Part shown: one piece after another, positions 21,968 through 30,952 of the stretch
Position numbering within the stretch: the first letter of the stretch is position 1
How the letters are laid out: each line of letters starts with the position of its first letter
From: Candidatus Omnitrophota bacterium
GTDB taxonomy: Bacteria; Omnitrophota; Gorgyraeia; VGKH01
Reading direction: 5' to 3'
Assembly (NCBI GenBank): GCA_043819095.1
Contig: JBDRFF010000056.1
Location: 20,076-84,075, forward strand
DNA: 64,000 nucleotides
Notes under the pieces: generated by a model
Seen by the model: only the letters and a program-made list of their open reading frames with translations
Databases searched by the model: none
What the model was told of the DNA's origin: nothing
Made by a program: the position numbers and the translations under genes

Positions 21968-22921
21968 TTATCTTCTTATCCTCCTGAATCCCGAACAACC
22001 CATAACCATGAACCTATCTTTTTGCTCTAATTTATCCAATAGAAGATTCAACCCTAAGTTATCCGAGGATATGTGTCCGGCAACAACCGCATTTATATGT
22101 TCTGGCTTCGCCTTTGCAAAATGCTGCTCTGATAAATGCATACTTACAATTGTCTTTATTCCCAACTGCGACAGGCGCGCAAAAAGATCTTTAGAACCTT
22201 CGGTGCCGCCGGTCATCTCTAAGACCAATTTACCAACCTTATCTTCGGGCTTTCCGATAATAATTTTAGGGCCTGCCTTATCTTTTGCCGCCAATCTATA
22301 TTCCGGAATCTGCTTTATTGCCTTTATTAAATCTTTTAGCATCTTTGGTTTTTTCTTTTTTACAAAATCATTTAGATATTTATTGACGTGATTATCTGCC
22401 GGAGTATGTACGCACATAAAGGCGATGTCCAGTAATCGCGCAGCATCAACCGCGCGATTATGATTTGCCCCCAAGACGCTTCTCTCCACCTCTTTTATGC
22501 GCTTTTCAAGAAAATCTTTCGCGACCTCGCCATCCATTCCGAATTTAACCAGAATATCCTTCTGCATATGCATCACGTCATAAAAACCGGCTAATGCAGA
22601 ACCGCGAGGATGATGCGCAATTACTAAATCAATTTCTTTGCCTATAGAATTAAATTTATCCGCCAGCAATAACTCTGAGACATCAATATCAATGCCGATA
22701 AGAATGCTTTTTATTTCTCTGTCTGAGTCGCCATGGAGAATGCGTGTATCCGCATACGGATTCTTAAAAGATTCTAAATCAAATTCGCTTTTATCATCCT
22801 TGCTTAAACGGCGATATTTACTCTTTTGATCTTTGAGCTGCTTTGTGATGACTTTTTTCCCGCGCGGATCGCAAACTATCCCTTCTTTTACAAAAAACTT
22901 ATAGATTTCCCCTAACTTCAA
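21968..22921 (-). CDS. NIF3-family (GTP cyclohydrolase 1 type 2 homologue) dinuclear-metal protein
   Basis: 317 aa. Contains VIAHHP, CVHTPAD and GHISSD metal-ligand-like motifs. Its stop abuts the dnaG start with no gap. Confidence 0.65.
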   Translation of the reverse strand: MKLGEIYKFFVKEGIVCDPRGKKVITKQLKDQKSKYRRLSKDDKSEFDLESFKNPYADTRILHGDSDREIKSILIGIDIDVSELLLADKFNSIGKEIDLVIAHHPRGSALAGFYDVMHMQKDILVKFGMDGEVAKDFLEKRIKEVERSVLGANHNRAVDAARLLDIAFMCVHTPADNHVNKYLNDFVKKKKPKMLKDLIKAIKQIPEYRLAAKDKAGPKIIIGKPEDKVGKLVLEMTGGTEGSKDLFARLSQLGIKTIVSMHLSEQHFAKAKPEHINAVVAGHISSDNLGLNLLLDKLEQKDRFMVMGCSGFRRIRR

Positions 22922-22953
22922 ATCTGACCCCCTTTTAATGAATATTTATTATT

Positions 22954-23511
22954 TTACTGTATTGACTCAAAGACTTCTTTGTTTAGTTTATCGCTTGAAG
23001 AGAATTTTGAATAGATGTTTTCAAATACAAAGGCGTAAGTTCTAGGAGAAAGCTCCAAAAGATACTCTTTCGAAAAAGAGCTTTTGGTTGAATTCTCAAA
23101 ATAATCAATAGGGACAAGGAAAATGAATAAGATTACGATACTTGCAACGAAGTATCCCCTTAGCAGACTCAAAAGCAATCCGCCCCATTTGTCTATAACC
23201 GGGATGGGCTGAATATGAAAAACAAACATCAAACCATCTCTGATAAACTTAAAAATAATTAAAACAATAACAAATAAACCGGCAAGGACGATTGGGCCTG
23301 CGAATTCAGCTGTTAATGGACTGTGTAAGCTTACGAACTTAGAGATACTGCTGTAAAAATGGATTGAAATAAATATACCGCAGACCGTGGCTATTAACTT
23401 GAATATTTCGACCGTGAAGCCTCTTCTAAAGCCCACGAAAACAATCCTGACAAAAACAACTATGATGGCAACGTCGACCCAATTTAATTTATGAATAAGT
23501 GCGTCTTGCAT
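22954..23511 (-). CDS. CvpA-family membrane protein
   Basis: 185 aa with 4-5 hydrophobic segments. The N-terminus NWVDVAIIVVFVRIVFVGFRRGF is typical of CvpA. Confidence 0.65.
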   Translation of the reverse strand: MQDALIHKLNWVDVAIIVVFVRIVFVGFRRGFTVEIFKLIATVCGIFISIHFYSSISKFVSLHSPLTAEFAGPIVLAGLFVIVLIIFKFIRDGLMFVFHIQPIPVIDKWGGLLLSLLRGYFVASIVILFIFLVPIDYFENSTKSSFSKEYLLELSPRTYAFVFENIYSKFSSSDKLNKEVFESIQ

Positions 23512-23569
23512 AAATTATATTTTTACCCTTAAAAGTCATTAAAGTATAACATATGAATTAAAAAGAGTC

Positions 23570-23585
23570 AAGAAAGCGCTTTCTT
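23570..23585. promoter_or_regulatory. perfect 16-bp palindrome in a divergent intergenic region
   Basis: aagaaagcgctttctt is self-complementary. It lies between cvpA (-) and the GGDEF gene (+). Confidence 0.3.
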
Positions 23586-23675
23586 TTAATTTTATCTCGT
23601 TTTTTGCTGTAACTTACTATAAATAAACCGTTTATATAATCATATATCGATCTTCTTAAAAAAATCCTACTCCAC

Positions 23676-23704
23676 TTGACTTTCTCAGCAAAAAGTGCTA
23701 CATT
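23676..23704 (+). promoter_or_regulatory. sigma-70-type promoter of the GGDEF gene
   Basis: TTGACT (23676-81), a 17-nt spacer, then TACATT (23699-704), followed by SD gagggt and ATG at 23724. Confidence 0.45.
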
Positions 23705-23723
23705 TTATCAAGTAGAGGGTAAA

Positions 23724-24890
23724 ATGAAGACTTTAGAAAAAACCAAACACCAATTAGATAAGATACAGTTCGAGTTGTCTATGCTTTATGAAATAAGCAA
23801 CGCGCTTCGTGCTACGCTCAAATTAGATGAGATCCTCTATATCATTCTTACGGCTGCGACTGCAAAAGCAGGTCTGGGCTTTGACCGTGCAATACTTTTT
23901 CTTATCAATGAAGAGGAAAATATCATTGAGGGTAAAATGGGCGTTGGTCCAAACACTAGCCGCGAGGCAAATCGTATCTGGAAGCAAATCTGGGCGCAAA
24001 AAATGGAACTGGAGGATCTTGTAAACGCCTACAAAACGTCTGGAAAAATGATAGACTCTGAATTCAATCGTAAAATAAAGCAGATAAAATTCTCTTTGAA
24101 TAGCAAAGAAAACCTATTGACTCAGGCTGCCCAAGACGGCATGCCGCTACGCATTACAAAAGAGATAATCAAAAAAAATGCGGGCGATCCTCTTCTAAAA
24201 ATCCTAAAGACAAAAGAGCTTGCTATTGTGCCTTTGACCGCAAAAGAAAAAATTAACGGCTTAATTCTAGCGGATAACAAGTTCAGTCAAGAGCCGATCA
24301 CCAACGAAGACTTAAGAATATTTACTATGCTTGCCAATCAGGCGGGCTTGGCAATTGAAAACTCATATCTGTATGAACATACTGTTATCCGCAGTCACAC
24401 TGATTCGCTAACCGGTCTGTGGCATCACGGTCATTTTCAGTCTATGCTACAGGAAGAACTAGACCGAGCCAAAATGCTAAATATGCCTCTAAGCCTTATA
24501 ATGTTAGATATCGACTTTTTCAAAAATTACAATGACACACTAGGCCATCAAAGAGGCGATTATGTGCTCATGGAAATCGCCAAATTGATAAAAGACCAAT
24601 CACGAAAGATGGATTATGTCTGTCGCTACGGCGGCGAGGAATTTGCTATCATACTACCACAGACCGATATAAAAGAGTCTTCTATTATTGCTGAGCGATT
24701 GCGTCGGAAAATCCACGAACATAAATTCGCCGACCAAAAAGTCCAACCGAATAAAAATCTCACAATAAGTGTCGGCCTGGCCGCCTTCCCAAAAGATGCG
24801 CAGACAAAATCAACGTTAATTGACGCTGCTGACCAGGCATTATATACGGCAAAGAGAATGGGTAGGAATAAGACCTGCAAATTTTCCTAA
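23724..24890 (+). CDS. GAF-domain diguanylate cyclase (GGDEF)
   Basis: The track ORF starts at TTG 23676, which is actually the -35 box. ATG 23724 has an SD. Contains RYGGEEFAIILP with an RKMD I-site 5 residues upstream. The N-terminal region is GAF-like. Confidence 0.87.
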   Translation: MKTLEKTKHQLDKIQFELSMLYEISNALRATLKLDEILYIILTAATAKAGLGFDRAILFLINEEENIIEGKMGVGPNTSREANRIWKQIWAQKMELEDLVNAYKTSGKMIDSEFNRKIKQIKFSLNSKENLLTQAAQDGMPLRITKEIIKKNAGDPLLKILKTKELAIVPLTAKEKINGLILADNKFSQEPITNEDLRIFTMLANQAGLAIENSYLYEHTVIRSHTDSLTGLWHHGHFQSMLQEELDRAKMLNMPLSLIMLDIDFFKNYNDTLGHQRGDYVLMEIAKLIKDQSRKMDYVCRYGGEEFAIILPQTDIKESSIIAERLRRKIHEHKFADQKVQPNKNLTISVGLAAFPKDAQTKSTLIDAADQALYTAKRMGRNKTCKFS

Positions 24891-24903
24891 ACTTCAATCA
24901 GAT

Positions 24904-27900
24904 TTATGCTGCTACTGCAACCTCTTCCGGCTGATCGTCTTTAGCAAACTTCACCGATACAATTCTAGATACTCCTGTCTCAGGCATTGTGATGCCGTAC
25001 ATAATATCGGTATTAACAATCGTCCTTTTGTTATGGGTGATGACAATAAACTGCGAGGTCTTAGTAAATTCTTTTAGAAGTTGTGAGAATCTGCCTATAT
25101 TAACATCATCTAAAGGCGCATCTAACTCATCGAGAATACAGAAAGGACAGGGCTTCACCTTAAATACGCCGAATATGAGCGCCATCGCGGTCATTGCCTT
25201 CTCTCCACCAGAAAGCAGGCTTATACTCTGAAGCTTCTTTCCCGGAGGCCTAGCGATAATCTCAATCCCGGATTCTAAAACATTGTGGGGATCGATTAAG
25301 ATAAGCTGTGCATCGCCGCCGCCAAAAAGCAATCTGAAATAATTCTTGAATTCTTTAGCGACCTGCTCAAAGGTCTCGGTAAAAAGATTCCTGGCGGTAC
25401 GATTTATCTTGGTTATAGTCTTCTGAAGTGCATCTTTTGAAGAAACTAAATCCTGATATTGTTTAGTCAAAAATTCGGATCTCAGCTTGAGCTCTTCGTA
25501 TTCCTCTATAGCCACAAGATTAACTGTGCCGAATTTCTCAATCTTGGATTTAGAAACCTCAATTTGACTATTAAGTTCATCCAGATTGACTCTTCCGCCA
25601 GCCAACTCAATATCAATCTCATCGATATTTACTTTGTGGCTCTGCAGCATCCTCTCTTTTATACTGCTGTGCTTAAATGAAAATTGCTGTTCCTGCATAA
25701 GAAGCTCATGAAAGCCTTGCTTTTCCTTTTCTAATTCCTGATTGGCTTTCTTTAATTCTTTTTCCTCACTCTCGATAGCGCTAATCATGTCTTTGCTGTT
25801 TTTCTCAATCTGCTCCAGCTCAAGACCTAAATCCTCTTTTTGTTTGCCTGAGACCTGAATTTCTTTTTCCATAACGATATTCTGATGACTCAGTTCATCA
25901 GATTTTTTTGTAGCGCTAAGCTTGTCCTGCTCAATCAAATTAAATTCCTTTTCGTTGCGCTTCAATGTATCATTAAACATCCCTAATGTTTCGTTTTGCG
26001 TTTTTTCTTTATCTGAGAAAGAATTCAGCTCTGTCTCAAGCTGGGCGATTTCAACCGAAGACTCTTCGCGCTCTTTGGTCTTATCTGTTATCAATTGCTG
26101 GTTATTCTCGATTTCATTCTCTAGGCGCCGTCTGTCTTCCTCTAAATCTCGACTTTGTTCATTAAGCTTATCCTGTTTTTGTTTATATTCCGTTAACTCT
26201 GTATCCGTCTCGCTTGATTCTGTAGCAACTAAATCTAATTCTTCCTGTAATTTATTAACCTCTGCGCTGACAGAGTCTTTTTGGGTCTGGATGTTAGAAA
26301 GCACAATCTCTTCTTTGCGGAATTGCTCATCAATTTCTTCAATCTGTATTTCTTTGTTTTCGATATCTTTGGAGATTAAATTCTGCTGGTGTTCTTTTGT
26401 CTTTATCTGTGTCGCTAATTCATCGATTTTTTTATCGATCTGTTTAATGTCCAGAGAAATGAATTTTGTTTCGCACTGAATACGGTAAAAATCCTCCATT
26501 TCGCTATCTTTAAAAAATTTCTTTAGTGTTGATTTTGTTTTCGGGTCCAATTCATAAATCTCTTTTATCTTGCCTAAAAATGCGCCGGAGGCATCTGTCG
26601 GCTTATGTTCGCTTAAGATGATCGACCTTCCCGCGCTGGGAATATCTTCATATTTTAATTTTAACTTCTCGATAAACTCTCTCTGTGAAGACAAGCCTAA
26701 TTTATTATTGCCGAGTGAAACAATATCTTTCATCACCTGCTCTAGTTGTTTTCGTAAAGCCTCCAACTGTACTTCTGTATCTTGCCTATTTGATTTTATG
26801 TGTTGGATTTTTTGATAAGCCCCATCATACTGCTGACTTAACTTCTGCATCTTATCATCCACTACCTCTTTTTCAGCAGTAACCTTATTTTTTTCCAAAT
26901 CAAGCCGTTTCTTCCTCGCCAAGAGTCCGTACAGATACGAAGAAACTTCAGTAATCTCGTTTTTAACATTTGTCTGCATCCTGGTAACCTCTAAAATCTC
27001 CATCTTTGCCTTGATAATCGCATCTTGGGCACTTTTGATAAGCTCGGCAAGTTTATCTAAATATAATCTCTGTTGCTTAATTTGGGAGGCCTTTGCCTTC
27101 TCAGTTTCTTTTAAAGAATTAACCTCCTCTTCTAAATTTTTAATCTTCTCTTTCTGCTGTTGGATCATGCGATCAAGCTGAACTCTCTGCTGATTGAGTT
27201 TATTTTTCCTCTGGGCTTCCTCCTGGATACGATCTCTGTTTAATTCAATTAATTGATGATTCCTTTCTATTGCATTATCCAGATTCAGAATACTTGAATT
27301 TATTTTGTTAATCTTCTCTTGCGAATCCTTAAAGCCTAACTTTGTCTCCTCTAATTTCTTGGTTGCCCCACCTATCTGTCCTGCGAACTTATCCTGCTTC
27401 TCTTTTGAAGTCTCGATCTTTGCGTCTAACTCTTCTTTCTCTTTCTCTAATCGACCTAATTGATATTTTGCTGCCTTTATCTCCAGGCCCTTCAGGAGCC
27501 CTGCCTCTTCCTTGTATCGCTGTGCCTTCTTTGCCTGGCGTTCGATTGAGCCGATCTGTCGTTTTACCTCAGCCACAATATCATTAATCCTAAGCAAATT
27601 GTTCTCTGTGGCCTCAAGTTTATTCATCGCCTCTTTCTTCTTTGCCTTGTATTTGGTGATACCGGCAGCCTCATCAAAGATTAAGCGTCTATCTTCCGGT
27701 TTTGAGCTAATAACTAAATCTACTTTCCCTTGCTCCACCATTGAATATGATTCCGCGGCAATGCCCGTTCCCATAAAAAGCTCATTGACATCCTTTAATC
27801 GAACTGGCGCCTTATTAATTAAATATTCACTTTCGCCGGAGCGAAATAACCTTCGGGTAATCACTACTTCATCCTGATCAATAGGCAGGAATTTATCTTT

Positions 27901-28158
27901 GTTGGTAAATGTCAGCGATGCCTCGGCAAAACCCAATGCGGGTTTTTTGTCCGTGCCATTAAATATTACATCCTCCATCTTTGTTCCGCGAAGGCTCTTG
28001 ATGCTCTGCTCGCCTAAAATCCAGCGGATAGCATCAAAGATATTGCTTTTGCCGCAACCGTTAGGCCCAACCACAGCCGTAATCCCGGGTTCAAAATGCA
28101 ACGTGGTTTTATCGGCGAACGATTTAAATCCAACCAGGTCTAACTTTCTCAAATACAT
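24904..28158 (-). CDS. smc: chromosome segregation protein SMC
   Basis: 1084 aa. Contains Walker A GPNGCGKSN, long coiled coils, signature LSGGEK and Walker B FCILDELDAPLD. Confidence 0.95.
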   Translation of the reverse strand: MYLRKLDLVGFKSFADKTTLHFEPGITAVVGPNGCGKSNIFDAIRWILGEQSIKSLRGTKMEDVIFNGTDKKPALGFAEASLTFTNKDKFLPIDQDEVVITRRLFRSGESEYLINKAPVRLKDVNELFMGTGIAAESYSMVEQGKVDLVISSKPEDRRLIFDEAAGITKYKAKKKEAMNKLEATENNLLRINDIVAEVKRQIGSIERQAKKAQRYKEEAGLLKGLEIKAAKYQLGRLEKEKEELDAKIETSKEKQDKFAGQIGGATKKLEETKLGFKDSQEKINKINSSILNLDNAIERNHQLIELNRDRIQEEAQRKNKLNQQRVQLDRMIQQQKEKIKNLEEEVNSLKETEKAKASQIKQQRLYLDKLAELIKSAQDAIIKAKMEILEVTRMQTNVKNEITEVSSYLYGLLARKKRLDLEKNKVTAEKEVVDDKMQKLSQQYDGAYQKIQHIKSNRQDTEVQLEALRKQLEQVMKDIVSLGNNKLGLSSQREFIEKLKLKYEDIPSAGRSIILSEHKPTDASGAFLGKIKEIYELDPKTKSTLKKFFKDSEMEDFYRIQCETKFISLDIKQIDKKIDELATQIKTKEHQQNLISKDIENKEIQIEEIDEQFRKEEIVLSNIQTQKDSVSAEVNKLQEELDLVATESSETDTELTEYKQKQDKLNEQSRDLEEDRRRLENEIENNQQLITDKTKEREESSVEIAQLETELNSFSDKEKTQNETLGMFNDTLKRNEKEFNLIEQDKLSATKKSDELSHQNIVMEKEIQVSGKQKEDLGLELEQIEKNSKDMISAIESEEKELKKANQELEKEKQGFHELLMQEQQFSFKHSSIKERMLQSHKVNIDEIDIELAGGRVNLDELNSQIEVSKSKIEKFGTVNLVAIEEYEELKLRSEFLTKQYQDLVSSKDALQKTITKINRTARNLFTETFEQVAKEFKNYFRLLFGGGDAQLILIDPHNVLESGIEIIARPPGKKLQSISLLSGGEKAMTAMALIFGVFKVKPCPFCILDELDAPLDDVNIGRFSQLLKEFTKTSQFIVITHNKRTIVNTDIMYGITMPETGVSRIVSVKFAKDDQPEEVAVAA

Positions 28159-28186
28159 GATGTGTCCCCTTTCTGCTTAATCAAGA

Positions 28187-28444
28187 TTATCTTTTTTTAA
28201 TGACGTCGGCTATCAAAGAAACTGTTTGAGCCAATGTTGTAAACTTCGGCAGTGTATCTTCCGGAATAGCAATGCGATATTTCTTTTCAATCGCTGCCAT
28301 AATCTCTAAGGCCATCATCGAATCCATTCCTAAGTCTTCGACAAATTTTGCCTCCGGATTGATTTTTTCCGGCTCGGTCTCTAGTACCTCGGCAACCAGA
28401 TTCCTGATATCATCTGTCAACTTATCAATTGTTACATTAGACAT
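28187..28444 (-). CDS. second acyl-carrier-protein-like protein
   Basis: 85 aa from ATG 28444. The ggagg inside the track-extended N-terminus serves as its SD. Contains the EDLGMDSMMALEIM phosphopantetheine-type motif. Confidence 0.72.
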   Translation of the reverse strand: MSNVTIDKLTDDIRNLVAEVLETEPEKINPEAKFVEDLGMDSMMALEIMAAIEKKYRIAIPEDTLPKFTTLAQTVSLIADVIKKR

Positions 28445-28458
28445 ATTGTCCTCCATTT

Positions 28459-28635
28459 TCAGTGCGACATATCGCGCTCAAGCCAATTATCAATTTTGCC
28501 ACGCCTGAATCTCCACTGCCCTACAATCTTAAAAGCAGGAATTTTTCCTTTTTTAAGCCAATCATAGACAGTGCGTTTCTTAACCTTAAGATACTTAGCA
28601 AGGTCATCAATGGTCATAAGATCATCACGAAACAT
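28459..28635 (-). CDS. small helix-turn-helix DNA-binding protein (excisionase/MerR-like HTH_17 type)
   Basis: 58 aa, below the track cutoff. Hand translation gives MFRDDLMTIDDLAKYLKVKKRTVYDWLKKGKIPAFKIVGQWRFRRGKIDNWLERDMSH. The stop lies 14 nt before the ACP-like start. Confidence 0.7.
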   Translation of the reverse strand: MFRDDLMTIDDLAKYLKVKKRTVYDWLKKGKIPAFKIVGQWRFRRGKIDNWLERDMSH

Positions 28636-28641
28636 GGTTAC

Positions 28642-28670
28642 ACTTTATTACATTTATTTACATCTGTCAA
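28642..28670 (-). promoter_or_regulatory. sigma-70-type promoter placed for a leaderless HTH transcript
   Basis: On the minus strand: TTGACA (28670-65), a 17-nt spacer, TAAAGT (28647-42), then 6 nt to the ATG at 28635. No SD is present. Confidence 0.4.
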
Positions 28671-28815
28671 CACTTTTTTTACAAATTTTCACAAATTTCA
28701 ACATATTGTGTCTATTTTTGGCAGATTATACAACATATTGAAAGTAAAAATCTTCCAAATAGTAAACCAAGATCGAAACTTAAGGTAATTTGATTAATTT
28801 GTAGGGTTGTTTGAA

Positions 28816-30009
28816 TTACTGCTTGAGGACTTCTTTGAATTTCTTAGTTAAGGCAGGAACTATTTCGAAAAGGTCCCCTACCATGCCATAGGTAGCTACA
28901 TTAAAGATAGGTGCGGAAGAATCATTATTGATTGCAATAATAATCTTTGACGATTGCATTCCCACTAAGTGTTGGATCTGCCCGGAAATTCCGCAGGCAA
29001 TATAAATTTTGGGACAAACTGTACGACCAGTCTGTCCAACTTGATGCGAATAAGGAATCCAGCCAGCATCAACTGTGGCGCGCGAGGCACCGACTGCTGC
29101 GCCTAAAACCTTAGCGAGCTCTTCAATAAGAACAAAATTCTTTGGATCGCGAAGGCCGCGTCCACCGGAAACGATTATATCTGCTTCGGCAAGATTCACT
29201 GTGGCGGAAACTTCTTCTACGATATCCAACAACTTTGTACGCGAACTCAAAAATTTTGAATCGACATCTTCCTTGATGATCTTTCCTTTGCGACTTTTAT
29301 CTGGTTCAGCCTCTTTCATAACTTTGTGGCGTACGGTTGCCATTTGCGGGCGATGATTAGGCGTGATAATCGTTGCCATGATATTTCCGCCGAATGCGGG
29401 CCGAGTCTGAAGCAAAATCTTTTTTTCCGGATCAATATCCAATCCTGTACAATCAGCAGTCAAGCCCGTATCAACCTTAACTGCCACCCGGGAAACTAAC
29501 GAACGTCCGATTGAGGTAGCGCCGCACAAAAATATTTCCGGCTTATATTTCTGAATAAGTTTTACCAAAACCTCTGCGTAAGGCTCGTTCTGATAATTCG
29601 CCAGTTCTTCTTTATCCACTAGATAAACGATATCCGCTCCGCGCGAGATTAACTCCTTTGCCTGCTTTTCCATATTGTGTCCCAGAAGAACTGCAGAGAC
29701 CTCGGTATTAAGTTTTTGTGCCAGCTCGCGGGCCTTACCCAAAAGCTCAAATCCAACAGTCTGCAGTTTTCCTTTTTTCTGCTCAGCAAACACCCAGACA
29801 CCTTTTGATTCTGGCGTAACCTTGCCGACTTCTTTCTTCTGCAGCAGGATTGCATCAAACTTACAGGCATCAACGCAGGCGCCGCAGAGATTGCATTTCT
29901 CTAGATCGATAATCGCCTTTTTATCGACTATCTTTATTGCGCCAAAAGGACAAACCTTTACGCAAAGCGTGCACCCAGTACATTTTTCTATGATTATTCC
30001 GATTAACAT
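28816..30009 (-). CDS. etfA: electron transfer flavoprotein alpha subunit with an N-terminal 2x[4Fe-4S] ferredoxin domain
   Basis: 397 aa. The N-terminus has CTGCTLCVKVCP and CNLCGACVDAC. The C-terminus has the PKIYIACGISGQIQHLVG FAD motif. Confidence 0.88.
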   Translation of the reverse strand: MLIGIIIEKCTGCTLCVKVCPFGAIKIVDKKAIIDLEKCNLCGACVDACKFDAILLQKKEVGKVTPESKGVWVFAEQKKGKLQTVGFELLGKARELAQKLNTEVSAVLLGHNMEKQAKELISRGADIVYLVDKEELANYQNEPYAEVLVKLIQKYKPEIFLCGATSIGRSLVSRVAVKVDTGLTADCTGLDIDPEKKILLQTRPAFGGNIMATIITPNHRPQMATVRHKVMKEAEPDKSRKGKIIKEDVDSKFLSSRTKLLDIVEEVSATVNLAEADIIVSGGRGLRDPKNFVLIEELAKVLGAAVGASRATVDAGWIPYSHQVGQTGRTVCPKIYIACGISGQIQHLVGMQSSKIIIAINNDSSAPIFNVATYGMVGDLFEIVPALTKKFKEVLKQ

Positions 30010-30789
30010 CTAAATCGCGTCCTTTAATTCGCTTACTAGCTTTTCTACTACTTCTTTTGTTTCGCCCTGTAAAATCTGACCACCAGCGCGTTTTGGCGGA
30101 GTAAAAATCTTCATTACTTGCGTGGGAGATCCATCTAATCCGATATTTGCTTCATCGACCTGCAAATCATCCTTTTTCCAGGTTGTAATCTGGGCTTTTT
30201 TTGATTTCATCATTCCTTTTAATGATGGAAGCCGCGGTTCATTGATTTCTTTTACCACGGTAAATAATGCTGGAAGCGGACACTCAATAATATCAAATCC
30301 CTCTTCTGTCATTCGTTCAACTTTGGCCTTTTTTTCAGATATCTCTTCTACTTTTTTAACGTAGGCAACCTGCGGAATATCTAGATGAACTGAGATTCCC
30401 GGTCCGACCTGGGCAGTATCTCCGTCTGATGCCTGCTTTCCGCAGATAATTAAATCATATGAGCCGATTTTTTTAATAGCTGCTGCCAAGGTGTAACTTG
30501 TAGCCCAAGTATCTGAACCAGCAAATGCCCTATCTGAAATAAGGATTGCTTCATCTATTCCTAAGGCAATTGCCTCACGAAGCGCTGATTCTGCCTGCGG
30601 CGGCCCCATTGAGAGAACTGTGGTTTTGCCGCCGAATTTCTCTTTTAAGCGAAGCGCCTCCTCAATCGCATACATATCAAAGGGATTGATGATAGACTTT
30701 ACGCCTTCGCGGATTAAGGTATTGGTTTTAGGATCAATCTTCACATCCGCAGTTTCAGGAACCTGTTTTATGCAAACTATGATATTCAT
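30010..30789 (-). CDS. etfB: electron transfer flavoprotein beta subunit (bifurcating-type signature)
   Basis: 259 aa. Starts MNIIVCIKQVPE and contains CGKQASDGDTAQVGP. Abuts etfA with no gap. Confidence 0.9.
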   Translation of the reverse strand: MNIIVCIKQVPETADVKIDPKTNTLIREGVKSIINPFDMYAIEEALRLKEKFGGKTTVLSMGPPQAESALREAIALGIDEAILISDRAFAGSDTWATSYTLAAAIKKIGSYDLIICGKQASDGDTAQVGPGISVHLDIPQVAYVKKVEEISEKKAKVERMTEEGFDIIECPLPALFTVVKEINEPRLPSLKGMMKSKKAQITTWKKDDLQVDEANIGLDGSPTQVMKIFTPPKRAGGQILQGETKEVVEKLVSELKDAI

Positions 30790-30798
30790 AACTTCGCT

Positions 30799-30827
30799 AT
30801 TTTATCTAATTATAGATATTTAGTCAA
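30799..30827 (-). promoter_or_regulatory. sigma-70-type promoter of etfBA, near-leaderless
   Basis: On the minus strand: TTGACT (30827-22), a 17-nt spacer, TAAAAT (30804-799), then 9 nt (agcgaagtt) to the ATG at 30789. No SD is present. Confidence 0.4.
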
Positions 30828-30830
30828 CTA

Positions 30831-30859
30831 AAAAATCGTCGCTAAGCGACGATTTTTTT
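30831..30859 (-). terminator. rho-independent (bidirectional-looking) terminator
   Basis: aaaaa-tcgtcgc-taa-gcgacga-ttttttt forms a 7-bp GC-rich stem flanked by A and T runs. Confidence 0.6.
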
Positions 30860-30898
30860 AATCTCGAGCCTCCCTATTTTGAATTTTGATACGAGGGA

Positions 30899-30926
30899 CA
30901 AAAAAAGGATTACGTAATTTAATCCT
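30899..30926 (-). terminator. terminator hairpin directly after the 91-aa gene
   Basis: On the minus strand, aggatta-aattacg-taatcct is followed by tttttttt. Confidence 0.5.
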
Positions 30927-30952
30927 AAACCCAGTCCAGCTTCCTGCTTAAA

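Noticed and set aside
23676-23723. N-terminal extensions produced by TTG/GTG starts in the ORF track. This one is on the GGDEF gene. Others are at 28456, 31255, 32585, 51316, 61988 and 63950.
   Set aside because: The extensions translate promoter boxes, SD sequences or hairpins. Downstream ATG or GTG codons with proper SD spacing give N-termini that match family or signal-peptide expectations.
24904-28158. Periodic, repeat-like appearance of the smc central region
   Set aside because: It is explained by heptad-rich coiled-coil coding sequence (Glu/Lys/Leu/Gln codons). No nucleotide-level repeats were found.
28459-28635. Excisionase-like HTH as a marker of a prophage or integrative element
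   Set aside because: There is no integrase, recombinase, phage structural gene or att-like direct repeat nearby. The flanking genes (etfA, ACP, smc) are core genes in the same orientation.
28462-28788. 108-aa plus-strand ORF
   Set aside because: It has no SD and a low-complexity product. It is antisense to a convincing 58-aa HTH gene and its promoter.
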